Shown here one piece after another: positions 35,351 to 46,009 of a stretch of DNA of 64,000 nucleotides. Position 1 is the first letter of the stretch. Each line of letters begins with the position of its first letter. The notes beneath the pieces are model-generated. The model had not been told where the DNA came from. It did not search any database and saw only the letters and a list, made by a program, of their open reading frames with translations. Both the position numbers and the translations under genes were made by a program. The stretch covers positions 768,001 through 832,000 of the forward strand of contig CBDDFZ010000002.1 in assembly GCA_965227515.1 (NCBI GenBank). Direction: 5' to 3'. This stretch comes from Alphaproteobacteria bacterium. Lineage in GTDB: Bacteria; Pseudomonadota; Alphaproteobacteria; CALKHQ01.

Positions 35351-35479
35351 GTCTCCCGGGGGTTGCAACCGCCATGATATCCCCCTCAACCGTGCGATTC
35401 CATCGTGATGCGAACATGATTTGGACGCATTCACTGTGGTAGGTTCCGCAAAACATTGGGGCCGAACTGGAGGCAAGCC

Positions 35480-38400
35480 ATGCAAGGCTTTGGAACTCGA
35501 TTCGTTGTCGGCGTTGTGGCGTTTGTTGTGCTGTGTGCCAGCGTTGTCAGCCAGGCGCTCGCGTTCGAATCGCCGCGTCTGACGGCGCAGGCGTCGTCCT
35601 ATCGCGACACCTTGATCTCGACGATGGCCGACGAGGATCCCGCCGACTACGGCAGTGTCGACCAGTTGCTCAGGCAGGCCCGGCTGGCGGTGCGCGAGCA
35701 GCGCTATGGCGACGCCATCGACTATTTCGAGTTCGCGGCCGGTTTCGGCTCCGACGACTTCGGCACCTGGTTCGGCCTTGGCGATGCCTGGATCGAGTGG
35801 GGGCGCCCCAACGAGCGGGCGCTGGCCGCGTTCCTGAACGCCTATCGCGTAGCACCCGGCGCGCCGCAGCAGTTCGAGGCGCTGATGAACATCGCCATGC
35901 TGCTGGAGAATGGCGACGAGTGGGACCTGGCCATCGATGCCTATCAGGCGGCGATGGACCTGGAGCCCAACCCCGACCTGGAGGAGCGCCTGGCCTTCCT
36001 GCGCCGCGAGTACGGGTTCCGCGTCTACTACACCGACGTCTATGCCGAGCGCGACAACCCCCAGGTCTGCGTCCAGTTCTCCGACCCCCTGTCCAGCCGC
36101 AGTTCGTTTGAGTATTCGGATTACGTGCGCATGGAGCCGGAAGCCCCGATCGAGGTGAGCGCCAACGGCCCGCAATTGTGCATCGACGGGCTGGCCCATG
36201 GCGGCACCTACGAGCTGCGCCTGCTGGCCGGCCTGCCCTCCGGCGCCGACGAGGCGCTGTTCGAGGACTACGACTACACCTTCGACATTCCCAACCGCGA
36301 GCCGACCGTCGGCTTCCGCGGCAATGCCTATGTGCTGCCCCGTGGCGGCGAGGGCACGCTGCCCCTGGCCACCGTCAACGTCGACAACGTCGACATCGAG
36401 GTGCTGCGCATCAACGACCGCAACCTGATCGAGCAGATCGTGCGCGGCCGTGTCGGCTCGTCCATGGACGGCTACGACATCGACGAGATCGCGTACACCG
36501 CCGGCGAGTCGGTATGGACCGGCGACATGGCGGTCGATGAGGTCCTGAACCGCGAGGTGGTGACCGGCGTGCCGATCGGCGACGTGATCACCGACCCTGA
36601 ACCCGGCGTCTATCTGGTGGTGGCGACCCGCACCAAGGACGACGACGAGGACTATTACTACTACGAGACCCGCGCCACCCAGTGGGTGATCATCACCGAT
36701 ATCGGGCTGACCACCTTCATGGGCGCCGACGGCCTGACCGTCGCCGCGCGCTCCCTGGAGACCGGCCTGCCGTTGGCCGGCGTGTCGATGGACCTGATCG
36801 CGCGCAACAACGAGGTGTTGTCGAACGCGGTCACCGACGACGAGGGCCTGGCCCACTTCCCCAGCGGCTTCACCACCGGTGAGGGCGGCCGCCGCCCAGC
36901 CGCGGTGCATGCCCTCGGTGCTGGCGACTTCGCGTTCCTGTCGCTGGTCGGCAGCGCGTTCGACCTGTCCGACCGTGGTGTCGGCGGGCGCTGGATGCCG
37001 GGGCCGCTGGATGCCTATCTGTACACCGAGCGCGGGGTCTACCGGCCCGGTGAGACGGTCTACATCACCACGCTGCTGCGCGACGCCGATGCGATGGCGC
37101 TGGACAACGTGCCGCTGACCGTCAGCCTGATCCGGCCCGACGGTGTCGAACTCGACCGCCAGACGCTCAGCGACCTGGGCGGCGGTGCCTATGTCTACGA
37201 CTACGATCTGTCATCGGCCGCCCGTTCGGGCACCTGGACGCTGCAGGCGTTTGCCGACCCCGAGGGTGTCGCCATCGGCTCGGTGACCTTCCAGGTGGAA
37301 GACTTCGTGCCGGTGCGCATCCGCGTCGACCTGACGCCGGAGGAAGAGGTCCTGCACGCCGAGTTGCCCTCGGTGATCGAGATGCAGGCCGACTACCTGT
37401 ACGGCGCGCCCGCTGCCGACCTGCCGGGTGAGGCCACGATCCTGCTGCGCCCGGCCTACACCCCGTGGCCGGACTATGCCGACTTCAGCTTCGGCATGGT
37501 GCAGGAGAGCTTCGAGCCGGTGCGCGAGCCGCTGCCGGTGCCGAACACCGATGCCTCCGGCCTCAGCCGCATCCAGGTGGCGCTGGCGAACATGCCCGAC
37601 ACCACCCTGCCGCTTGAGGCGGTGATCCGCGCCTCGGTGTTCGACATTTCCGGCCGCGCGGTGAACGCCAGCGTGGTGCTGCCGGTGCGCAGCGAGCGCC
37701 CGGCCATCGGCATCCGCTCCCAGTTCGGTAACCGCACCGACGTCGATTCGCCGGCCATGTTCGACCTGGTCGCGCTGGATGGCGACGGCCAGCCGGCCGC
37801 CCTGTCTGGCGTGCGCTACGAGCTGGTGCGCGAGAACTATCAGTGGCTGTGGTACTGGAACGGAAACTGGGACTACGAGCTGGTCGTCTACGACACCCCC
37901 GTCGAGGACGGCGGCATCGACCTCGCCGCCGGTGAGATCGCGCAGCTCAGCTTCGACGTGAGCTGGGGCCGCTATCGCCTGGACGTCTATGACGACGAGA
38001 CCGGTGCCGCGTCCAGCTACCGCTTCTATGGCGGCTGGTGGTCGCCGCCCAGCCAGTCGAACACGCCCGACGATCTGGAAGTCGCGTTCGACCAGGAGAG
38101 CTATCGCATCGGCGAGACCGCCCGCATCTCGGTAACGCCCGCCTTTGCCGGCGAGCTGCTGCTGGTGATCGCCAACGACGACGTGATCGACACCTTGAAC
38201 GTGTCGATGCCCGAGGACGGTGCCGTGATCGAGGTGCCGGTGACCGAGGACTGGGGCGTTGGCGCCTATGCGCTCGCCACGCTCTATCGCCCCGGCGCCG
38301 CCGCCGACGATACCCGCGGTCCCGGCCGGGCCATCGGCGTCTCGTGGATGTCGGTCGACATGTCCGAGCGCACGCTCGACGTGGCGATGGACGTGCCGGA

Positions 38401-40693
38401 CGTGGTGCGCCCGCGCCAGATCCACAATCTGGAGATCGCGGTCGACGGCTTCGACCCCGGCGAGCAGGCCTATCTGACGCTGGCCGCGGTCGACGAGGGC
38501 ATCCTGCTGCTCACCCGCTTCCAGTCGCCCGATCCGGTCGACTACTACTACGGCCAGCGCAATCTGGGCGTGGAGGTCGCCGATCTCTATGGCCGGCTGA
38601 TCGAGTCGGAAGGCCGGCGCGGCGAGCTGCGCTTCGGCGGTGACGGCGAGGAGGAAATCCTCGACGAGCAGTCCGACACCCCGCCGGTGCGTACTGTGCG
38701 CACCGTGGCGCTGTTCACCGGCGTGCTGGAGGTGGGGCCGGAAGGCACCATCACCGTGCCGCTGGACATCCCCGACTACAATGGCGAGCTGCGGCTGATG
38801 GCCGTGGCTTGGACCGCGGACTCCGTGGGGTCGGCCGACGCTGCGCTGACCGTGCGCGATCCTGTCGTCAGCGAGGTGACGCTGCCGCGCATCCTGGCAC
38901 CCACCGACGTCGCCGACATCGTGGTGGCCTTGCACAACGTCGACGGTGCGCCTGGTATCTATCAGGCGACGCTGGAGACCGAGGGGCCGATTGCGCTCGA
39001 CGGTCTCGGCAGCTTCGAGGTCGAGCTGGGTGAGGACGCCCGGCACCGCGAGCCGATGCTGCTGGCGGCCGACACCGTCGGCATCGGCGAGCTGACGCTG
39101 ACGGTGACCGGCCCGGACGGCTTCGCCATCGAGCGGTCGTGGCAGATCGCGGTGCGCCCGTCGCAGCCGTTCGTCACCGACCGCATCGCCGGCCTGCTGC
39201 ACCCGGACCAGACGCTGATCGTCAGCGACAGCCTGTACAGCGAGTACCTGCCGGGCACGCCGGAACTGGCGGCGAGCTTCAGCTCGCGGCCGAACTTCGA
39301 CGTGCCGGGGCTGGTGCGCGCGCTCGACCGCTACCCGTACGGGTGCGCCGAGCAGATCGCCAGCCGTGCGATGCCGCTGTTGTACCTGGCCGAGGTGGCC
39401 GAGGCCTGGGGCGACGACGACGAGCAGCCGCGCAACGTCGACAACCGCATCCAGCGGGCCATCGGCCAGCTGATGTCGAAGCAGACCTGGTCCGGCGCGT
39501 TCTCGCGGTGGAATCCGTTCGGCTACGAGGACCCGTGGCTGACCGCTTACGTGCTCGACTTCCTCACCCGTGCCCGCCAGGAAGGGTTCGAGGTGCCGGA
39601 GCGTGCCTACCAGCGCGGCATGGACTGGCTGGCCGAGCACGTCAGCCAGTACGACACGCGGTCGAACTGCCGCCCGTCCGGCGCCTATGCGCTCTACACG
39701 CTGTCGCGTGCCGGCCAGGCCGACATTGCCGACCTGCGCTACTACGCCGACGTCTGCCTGCACGACTTCGACTCCTCGATGTCGCGCGGCCAGCTTGGCG
39801 TGGCGCTGGCGGCCTATGGCGACATCGAGCGTGCCGAGGAAGCGTTCGACCAGAGCTACCAGCCGCGGCTGACCGGCGTCTCGCTGCAGGACTACGGGTC
39901 CGAGCTCAGGGACCAGGCGGCCCTGGTGGCGCTGATGGCCGAGGCCGGCTACCGCGACGAGGCCATCTATGAGATGGCCGAGCAGGCGGCGGCCGAGTTC
40001 AACCGCCAGCGCTACACCAGCACCCAGGAGCAGATGTGGCTGCTGATGGCCGCCCATGCCCTGCTGGAAGGCCAGGAGGACATGACGCTGGCGCTGAATG
40101 GCGTGCTCAACCCGCCGACCACGTCGGTGCTCGACCTGATCCCCGATGCCGAGCAGTTGGCGGCAGGGCTGGTGGTGGAGAACGCCGGCGAGACCATCGT
40201 GCGCCGCACGGTGACCATCCGCGGCGTGCCGATTGCGCCGCGACCGGCGGAGGCCAACGGCTTCGAGATCGAGCGCAGCTACATGCGGCCGGACGGCACG
40301 CCGTTCGATCCCGCGGTCGACACGCTGACCCAGAACGACCTGCTGGTGGTGATCATCGACGTCAACCCGCTGGGCGACTTCGAGCACGACATGCTGGTCG
40401 TCGACCTGCTGGCCGCCGGCCTGGAGATCGAGAACCCGCGCATCGGTGAGGCGCGGGGCCTTGAGGACATGGTCGACGACCTGCAGATCAGCCGCTACCT
40501 CGACCACGTGGAGATGCGCGACGACCGCTATGTCGCCGCCATCGACACCGACGAGGCCGAGCGGTTCGCCTATCTGGTGCGCGCCGTCACCCCCGGCAAC
40601 TTCGTGCTGCCCCCCGCGTTCGTGGAGGACATGTACACGCCGGAGCTGAACGCCCGCACCGAGATGGGCCGGCTGATCATCGAGGCGCCGTGA
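35480..40693 (+). CDS. yfhM: Bacterial alpha-2-macroglobulin with N-terminal TPR region
   Basis: TERGVYRPGE, VEDFVP, LAAVDEGIL, PDYNGELRLMA, YPYGCAEQ thioester motif, RAVTPG; immediately upstream of pbpC. Confidence 0.95.
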   Translation: MQGFGTRFVVGVVAFVVLCASVVSQALAFESPRLTAQASSYRDTLISTMADEDPADYGSVDQLLRQARLAVREQRYGDAIDYFEFAAGFGSDDFGTWFGLGDAWIEWGRPNERALAAFLNAYRVAPGAPQQFEALMNIAMLLENGDEWDLAIDAYQAAMDLEPNPDLEERLAFLRREYGFRVYYTDVYAERDNPQVCVQFSDPLSSRSSFEYSDYVRMEPEAPIEVSANGPQLCIDGLAHGGTYELRLLAGLPSGADEALFEDYDYTFDIPNREPTVGFRGNAYVLPRGGEGTLPLATVNVDNVDIEVLRINDRNLIEQIVRGRVGSSMDGYDIDEIAYTAGESVWTGDMAVDEVLNREVVTGVPIGDVITDPEPGVYLVVATRTKDDDEDYYYYETRATQWVIITDIGLTTFMGADGLTVAARSLETGLPLAGVSMDLIARNNEVLSNAVTDDEGLAHFPSGFTTGEGGRRPAAVHALGAGDFAFLSLVGSAFDLSDRGVGGRWMPGPLDAYLYTERGVYRPGETVYITTLLRDADAMALDNVPLTVSLIRPDGVELDRQTLSDLGGGAYVYDYDLSSAARSGTWTLQAFADPEGVAIGSVTFQVEDFVPVRIRVDLTPEEEVLHAELPSVIEMQADYLYGAPAADLPGEATILLRPAYTPWPDYADFSFGMVQESFEPVREPLPVPNTDASGLSRIQVALANMPDTTLPLEAVIRASVFDISGRAVNASVVLPVRSERPAIGIRSQFGNRTDVDSPAMFDLVALDGDGQPAALSGVRYELVRENYQWLWYWNGNWDYELVVYDTPVEDGGIDLAAGEIAQLSFDVSWGRYRLDVYDDETGAASSYRFYGGWWSPPSQSNTPDDLEVAFDQESYRIGETARISVTPAFAGELLLVIANDDVIDTLNVSMPEDGAVIEVPVTEDWGVGAYALATLYRPGAAADDTRGPGRAIGVSWMSVDMSERTLDVAMDVPDVVRPRQIHNLEIAVDGFDPGEQAYLTLAAVDEGILLLTRFQSPDPVDYYYGQRNLGVEVADLYGRLIESEGRRGELRFGGDGEEEILDEQSDTPPVRTVRTVALFTGVLEVGPEGTITVPLDIPDYNGELRLMAVAWTADSVGSADAALTVRDPVVSEVTLPRILAPTDVADIVVALHNVDGAPGIYQATLETEGPIALDGLGSFEVELGEDARHREPMLLAADTVGIGELTLTVTGPDGFAIERSWQIAVRPSQPFVTDRIAGLLHPDQTLIVSDSLYSEYLPGTPELAASFSSRPNFDVPGLVRALDRYPYGCAEQIASRAMPLLYLAEVAEAWGDDDEQPRNVDNRIQRAIGQLMSKQTWSGAFSRWNPFGYEDPWLTAYVLDFLTRARQEGFEVPERAYQRGMDWLAEHVSQYDTRSNCRPSGAYALYTLSRAGQADIADLRYYADVCLHDFDSSMSRGQLGVALAAYGDIERAEEAFDQSYQPRLTGVSLQDYGSELRDQAALVALMAEAGYRDEAIYEMAEQAAAEFNRQRYTSTQEQMWLLMAAHALLEGQEDMTLALNGVLNPPTTSVLDLIPDAEQLAAGLVVENAGETIVRRTVTIRGVPIAPRPAEANGFEIERSYMRPDGTPFDPAVDTLTQNDLLVVIIDVNPLGDFEHDMLVVDLLAAGLEIENPRIGEARGLEDMVDDLQISRYLDHVEMRDDRYVAAIDTDEAERFAYLVRAVTPGNFVLPPAFVEDMYTPELNARTEMGRLIIEAP

Positions 40694-40711
40694 GGTGACG
40701 CATCTGAAATG

Positions 40712-40851
40712 CGTCATCGCGAGCCGGCGCCATTCGGCCAACCGGATGGTTGGCCGGACGTTGATGGGGCCGGCGTGGCGATCCAGGCGATTGCGCGGAC
40801 TGACCGCAAGTCGCACTGGATTGCCGCGTCGCTCCGCTCCTCGCAATGACG
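40712..40851. repeat. CGTC-tagged palindromic element, family B
   Basis: CGTCATCGCGAG...GCGATCCAGG...CTGGATTGCCGCGTCGC...CTCGCAATGACG. Confidence 0.85.
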
Positions 40852-40860
40852 GTGGGTAGC

Positions 40861-43005
40861 GTGAAAAGCAACCCCTCCCGCATCCGCCGCTGGCTGGCGC
40901 GGCTGTCGTTCGCGACCTTCGTGCTGGCCATCACGGCGGTCGGCGCGGCGGCGATCCTCGACCGGCTCTACCCGCCGGTGCTGGACCGCTATCTCGACCG
41001 CTCGGCCATGGTGCTGGACCGCGACGGCCAGGTGCTGCGAGCGTTCACCAGCGCCGACGAGATGTGGCGACTGCCGGCGACGCGCGACGACGTCAGCCCC
41101 GCCTACATCGAGCTGTTGCTGGCCTATGAGGACCGGCGCTTCGACTGGCATCCGGGTGTCGACCCGCTGGCCGTGGTCCGTGCCTTCGGCCAGATGCTCG
41201 GCGCGGGGGAGGCGGTGTCGGGTGCCTCCACCATCACCATGCAGGTCGCCCGCCTGCTGGAGCCAAGGCCGCGCGACCTGTGGGGCAAGCTCGCCGAGAT
41301 GGGCCGCGCGTTGCAGCTCGAATGGCACTACAGCAAGGACGAGATCCTTGCCATGTATCTGACGCTCGCCCCCTATGGCGGCAATCTGGAGGGTATCCGC
41401 GCGGCGTCGCTGGCCTATTTCGGCAAGCCGCCGGACACGCTGTCGCTGGGCGAGGCGGCGATGCTGGTGGTGCTGCCGCAATCGCCGAACCGATGGCGCC
41501 CCGACCGCGACATGGATGCCGCCATCGCCGCCCGCGACAAGGTGCTGGCCCGAGCCTACGCCTATGGCGCGATCACCGAGACCCAGATGCGCGAAGCGAT
41601 GCAGGAGCCGCTGCCGGAGACGCGGGTGGCGATGCCGTTCCGCGCCGCGCACCTGGCCCAGACCCTGATGCTGGAGGACGACGGCGCCATTGCCGGCGCG
41701 CTGGCACCGGTGATCCGTACCACCATCGACGGCGGCCTTCAGGACGCGGCGGAGGGGCTGGCCGCCCAGGCGCTGGCCGACCTGGACCCGTTCGCCAACG
41801 TCGCGGTCCTGATCGTCGACAACCACACCCGCGAGGTGCTGGCCTATGTCGGCTCCGGCGATTTCTTCGACGACACCCGCGAGGGGCAGATCGACCTGGT
41901 GCAGGCGATCCGCTCCCCCGGCTCGACCCTGAAGCCGTTCATCTACGGCATGGGGTTCGAAGACCTGCTGATCCACCCGCAGACCTTGATCGACGACCAG
42001 CCGGTGCGCTTCGCCGACTACGACCCGCACAATTTCGACGGCGGCTTCCATGGCCGCATCACCATCCGCGAGGCATTGCAGGCGTCGCTGAACGTGCCGG
42101 CGGTGCGCATCCTCCACGCGCTGGGGCCGTCGCGGCTGGCGTCGCGGCTGGAGGCGTGCGGCATGGACCTGCACTTCCCCGGCAACGACCCCGAGACGCC
42201 GCTGCCGTTGGCCCTGGGCGGCGTCGGGGTGTCGCTGTTCGACCTGACCGGCGCCTATGTCGCGCTGGCCAATGGCGGCGCCGGGGGCTGCGACCTGGCG
42301 GTGACCGAGGCCGAGCGCACGCTGGTGGCGCCGGAACTGCCGCGCGAGCTGCTGTCGCCGGCCGCGGCCTGGTACGTCGCCGACATCCTGGCCGATGCCC
42401 CGGTGCCCGATGCGGAGATCAACCCGGCGTTCGCTGCCCGCACCCAGCGCGTCGCCTACAAGACCGGCACCTCCTACGGCTACCGGGACGCCTGGGCCAT
42501 CGGCTACAACGCCGACGTCACCATCGGGGTCTGGGTCGGCCGGCCCGACGGCAATGCCAGCCCGCAGCGCACCGGGCGCGATACCGCGGCCCCGCTGCTG
42601 TTCCGGCTGTTCGAGCTGATGCCGGCGCCGCTGGTCGATGTGGTGCCGCCGGCACCGCCGGGGGTGATCGACCGGCTGACCGACGACGTGCCGGCGCGGC
42701 TGGTGGAGTTCGGCGCGCCGCCGCGCGCGCCCGGGCAGGCCGGGCTGGTCGACGCCCATCACGATCTGCGCATCGACTTCCCGGTCGACGGCTCCACCAT
42801 CGAGCTGCCGCCGGCCGCCGCGGTGCTGCCGCTGGTGGCGTACGGTGGTGTGCGCCCGCTGCATTGGCTGGTCAACGGGGTGCCGATCGATGCATCCTCT
42901 GTGGCACGCAATGTGGCCTGGACGCCGGAAAGCGGCGGGCAGGTGCGGATCACGGTGGTGGATGCCGATGGCAACAGCGCGAGCGCGCAAGTCTGGCTGG
43001 AGTAG
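40861..43005 (+). CDS. pbpC: Penicillin-binding protein 1C
   Basis: EDRRF, GASTITMQVAR, SKDEIL, STLK (SxxK), SLN, KTGT and a C-terminal PBP1C domain. Start is approximate. Confidence 0.95.
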   Translation: MKSNPSRIRRWLARLSFATFVLAITAVGAAAILDRLYPPVLDRYLDRSAMVLDRDGQVLRAFTSADEMWRLPATRDDVSPAYIELLLAYEDRRFDWHPGVDPLAVVRAFGQMLGAGEAVSGASTITMQVARLLEPRPRDLWGKLAEMGRALQLEWHYSKDEILAMYLTLAPYGGNLEGIRAASLAYFGKPPDTLSLGEAAMLVVLPQSPNRWRPDRDMDAAIAARDKVLARAYAYGAITETQMREAMQEPLPETRVAMPFRAAHLAQTLMLEDDGAIAGALAPVIRTTIDGGLQDAAEGLAAQALADLDPFANVAVLIVDNHTREVLAYVGSGDFFDDTREGQIDLVQAIRSPGSTLKPFIYGMGFEDLLIHPQTLIDDQPVRFADYDPHNFDGGFHGRITIREALQASLNVPAVRILHALGPSRLASRLEACGMDLHFPGNDPETPLPLALGGVGVSLFDLTGAYVALANGGAGGCDLAVTEAERTLVAPELPRELLSPAAAWYVADILADAPVPDAEINPAFAARTQRVAYKTGTSYGYRDAWAIGYNADVTIGVWVGRPDGNASPQRTGRDTAAPLLFRLFELMPAPLVDVVPPAPPGVIDRLTDDVPARLVEFGAPPRAPGQAGLVDAHHDLRIDFPVDGSTIELPPAAAVLPLVAYGGVRPLHWLVNGVPIDASSVARNVAWTPESGGQVRITVVDADGNSASAQVWLE

Positions 43006-44002
43006 CCTTCTCGCGGGCCTCATGCTCGCCGGCCTGATGCTCGCGGGCCTGATGCTGGCGGGCGGCAGCGCGTCGGCGGCGGAGCTGTTCCAGCTTCCGG
43101 TCGACTGCACGCCGGGCGAGGATTGCTGGATCGCGCAGTATTTCGACACCGAATCGGGGGTCGAGGCGGCCGACCATCTGTGCGGCGTCATGACCTATGA
43201 CGGCCACAACGGCACCGATTTCGCGATCGCCAACTACCGCCGCATGGCGGACGGCGTGTCGGTGCTGGCGGTCGCACCCGGCGTGGTGGTCGGCGCGCGC
43301 GACGGCATGGTCGATTTTCGCGGTCCGGCCAACCCCCAACGCGTCGAAGGCCGGGGATGCGGCAACAGCGTGGTGATCGACCATGGCGACGGCCTGGTCA
43401 CCCGCTACTGCCATATGCGCAACGGCTCAGTCACGGTGGCATTGGATGATCAGGTGGCGGCCGGCGACGTGCTGGGGCTGGTCGGACAGTCCGGGCTCGC
43501 CGACTTTCCGCACTTGCATTTCACCGCGCAATTCAACGGCGTCGATTTCGATCCGTTCACCGGCCTGCCTGCCGACGGCTGCGGCTTGGCCGGCCTGGGG
43601 CGGTGGGACCCTGCCGTGGCGGTCGACCTGCCATACTTTGCCGCCGTGCCCTATACCGCCGGCTTCGCGCCGATGGAACCGCGGGCCGAAGACGCGCAGT
43701 TCGGCCGGTTCGCCGACGTGATCATCCTGGAGACCGACCTGGCGTTGATGCTGTGGGTCGACCTGTTCGGCGTCAGGGCGGGCGACAGCGTCGCCATGCA
43801 GATCACCGCCCCCGACGGCAGCGTGTTCGCCACCGAGACGTTTCGGATGGATGGCGACGAGGCGGCGCAGTTCCAGCACATCGGCCGGTTTCGCGGCGAT
43901 GCGCTCTGGCCGACCGGCGATTACCTCGGCACGGTCACGGTGACCCGCGCCGGCGACGGTCACGTCTGGACCACCGAGACAGCCGTGACGGTGGTCGAGT
44001 AG
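42968..44002 (+). CDS. M23 family metallopeptidase
   Basis: HNGTDF (HxxxD), YCHM, FPHLHF (HxH); signal peptide with LAGLM repeats. Start is approximate. Confidence 0.9.
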   Translation: MATARARKSGWSSLLAGLMLAGLMLAGLMLAGGSASAAELFQLPVDCTPGEDCWIAQYFDTESGVEAADHLCGVMTYDGHNGTDFAIANYRRMADGVSVLAVAPGVVVGARDGMVDFRGPANPQRVEGRGCGNSVVIDHGDGLVTRYCHMRNGSVTVALDDQVAAGDVLGLVGQSGLADFPHLHFTAQFNGVDFDPFTGLPADGCGLAGLGRWDPAVAVDLPYFAAVPYTAGFAPMEPRAEDAQFGRFADVIILETDLALMLWVDLFGVRAGDSVAMQITAPDGSVFATETFRMDGDEAAQFQHIGRFRGDALWPTGDYLGTVTVTRAGDGHVWTTETAVTVVE

Positions 44003-44075
44003 CAGCAGCGTTGCGACTGACCTCTCTTTCTTTCTCTCACCGTCATCAACACTGTTGATCGCTTCCAACCACTAT

Positions 44076-44163
44076 CGTCATGCCCGCACTTGTTGCGGGC
44101 ATCCACGTCTTTGGATCGGCCGACGACAAGTCGTGGATGGTCGGGACAAGCCCGACCATGACG
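44076..44163. repeat. CGTC-tagged palindromic element, family A (inverted orientation)
   Basis: CGTCATGCCCGCACTTGTTGCGGGCATCCACG...CGTGGATGGTCGGGACAAGCCCGACCATGACG. Confidence 0.9.
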
Positions 44164-44190
44164 ATTGTAAATGATTTCAATGAGTTTCAC

Positions 44191-44319
44191 CGTCATTGCG
44201 AACCCTAGGGCATGCCCCCTGGACAGGCGCCGCGAAGCAATCCAGGCGTTTTCTATGTCGTTGTTACCATTGCTCTGGATTGCCGCGTCGCGCCGTTACC
44301 GGCGCTCCTCGCAATGACG
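44191..44319. repeat. CGTC-tagged palindromic element, family B
   Basis: CGTCATTGCGAA...GAAGCAATCCAGG...CTGGATTGCCGCG...CTCGCAATGACG. Confidence 0.85.
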
Positions 44320-44361
44320 GCAAGATGAGAGGATGGCAGCCATTCAATCACCCCGGGCATT

Positions 44362-45159
44362 TCACCCGCCGTGTCGTCCGGCGAACCGGGCAACATGGGT
44401 GACGGCGAACAGGGCTGCGGCCGTCACCACCATGGTCGGCCCGGTCGGGCTGTCGGCGGCAAACGAGATGCCGAGGCCGCCCAGGGCCGCAACCACGCCG
44501 ATGGCGACCGCCAGCAGCGCCATCGCCTCCGGCGTGCGGGTCGGCGCGCGCGCCGCCGCCGCCGGCACGATCAGCATGGCGGCAATCAGCAGGGCACCGA
44601 CCACCTTGATCGCCACCGCAACGGTCAGCGCCAGTGCCACGGTCAGCACGAGCTGCTCGCGGCGCGGGTCGATGCCGCTGGCGACGGCCAGGTCGCCGTC
44701 CAGGCTCGCCGTCAGCAATGCCGACCAGCGCCACGCCAGCAGCGCGAGCACCGCCGCGGCCCCGCCCCAGATCACCGCCAGATCGGTTTTGCTGACCGCC
44801 AGGATGTCGCCGATCAGGTAGCTCATCAGGTCGACACGCACGTCGGCCATGAACGACACCGCGACCAGGCCGGCGGCGAGCGCCGTGTGCGACATCACGC
44901 CCAGCAGCGTGTCGGTTGCCTGGCCCCGGCCGCTGAGGGCGGCGACCAGCAGCGCCATCATCAGCGCCACCGCCACCACGCCCACGTAGATCGAGATCGA
45001 GAACCCAAGAGCCACGGCCACGCCCAGGATGGCGGCGTGCGCGGTGGCGTCGCCGAAATAGATCATCCGCCGCCACAGGATGAAGCAGCCCAGCGGCCCG
45101 GCGGTCAGCGCCAGGGCGACGGCGGCCAGGCCGGCGCGCACCATGAAGTCGTCCAGCAT
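44362..45159 (-). CDS. znuB: Zinc ABC transporter permease
   Basis: GPLGCFILWRRMIYFGDATAH, IKVVGALLI. Confidence 0.93.
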   Translation of the reverse strand: MLDDFMVRAGLAAVALALTAGPLGCFILWRRMIYFGDATAHAAILGVAVALGFSISIYVGVVAVALMMALLVAALSGRGQATDTLLGVMSHTALAAGLVAVSFMADVRVDLMSYLIGDILAVSKTDLAVIWGGAAAVLALLAWRWSALLTASLDGDLAVASGIDPRREQLVLTVALALTVAVAIKVVGALLIAAMLIVPAAAARAPTRTPEAMALLAVAIGVVAALGGLGISFAADSPTGPTMVVTAAALFAVTHVARFAGRHGG

Positions 45160-45923
45160 CAGGCCGCGGCCCCGTCATCGTTATGGTGATCGTGACCGTG
45201 GCCGTGGTCATGACCGTTAGATGGGTCGTGAACGTGGTCGTGGTGATGCTCGTAGAGCGCGAACGCATCGCGCCCGAACAGCGCCCGGTATTCCGGTGCG
45301 GCGGTCACGAATGTTGGGGTGCCCTGGCAGCAGATATGGCCGTTCAGGCAGATCACCCGGTCGGACGCGCCCATCACGACGTTGAGGTCGTGGCTGACCA
45401 GCAGCACCGCGCAGCCCAGGTCGTGGCGCACGTCCGCCAGCAACCGGTAGAAGGCCGCGATCGCCGGCTGGTCCAGGCTCTGGGTCGGTTCGTCCAGCAC
45501 CAGCAGATGGGGCCGGTCGGCCAGCGCGCGGGCCAGCAGGACGCGCTGCAACTGGCCGCCGGACAGCGTTGCCATCTGCTGGCGCTCCAGCCCGTCGGCG
45601 CCCACGCGGGCCAACGCGTCGGCAACATCCTTACGCGGGCGCCGACGGGGCAGGTTGAGGAACCGCTCGACCGTCATCGGCATGGTCGCGTCGACGGCCA
45701 GCCGTTGCGGCACGTAGCCGATCTTCAGGCCGCGCATGCGGCGCAGGCGGCCGCCGCTGGGCCGCAGCGCGCCGATAAGTGCGCGTACGAAGGTCGACTT
45801 GCCAGCGCCGTTGGGGCCGACCACGGTCACGATCTCCGACGGCTCGATCGTGAAGTCGACGTCGTGCAGCACCCGGCGCCCGCCGGCGTCGACCGCCAGG
45901 GATGCGGCTGTGAGCAAGCTCAT
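45159..45923 (-). CDS. znuC: Zinc ABC transporter ATP-binding protein
   Basis: GPNGAGKST, LSGGQLQR, LDEPT, HICCQG and a His-rich tail. Confidence 0.93.
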   Translation of the reverse strand: MSLLTAASLAVDAGGRRVLHDVDFTIEPSEIVTVVGPNGAGKSTFVRALIGALRPSGGRLRRMRGLKIGYVPQRLAVDATMPMTVERFLNLPRRRPRKDVADALARVGADGLERQQMATLSGGQLQRVLLARALADRPHLLVLDEPTQSLDQPAIAAFYRLLADVRHDLGCAVLLVSHDLNVVMGASDRVICLNGHICCQGTPTFVTAAPEYRALFGRDAFALYEHHHDHVHDPSNGHDHGHGHDHHNDDGAAA

Positions 45924-45947
45924 GCGCGAAAGCCCCTATGAAGTTCC

Positions 45948-45970
45948 GTGATGTTATAATATAACATTTC
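45948..45970. promoter_or_regulatory. Zur box
   Basis: Perfect palindrome ATGTTATAATATAACAT (45951-45967) between divergent znuC and znuA; matches the proteobacterial Zur consensus. Confidence 0.88.
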
Positions 45971-46009
45971 TTGCTCTGACAGAGGCCGCGACGCGTGGGA
46001 GTTTTCGGA

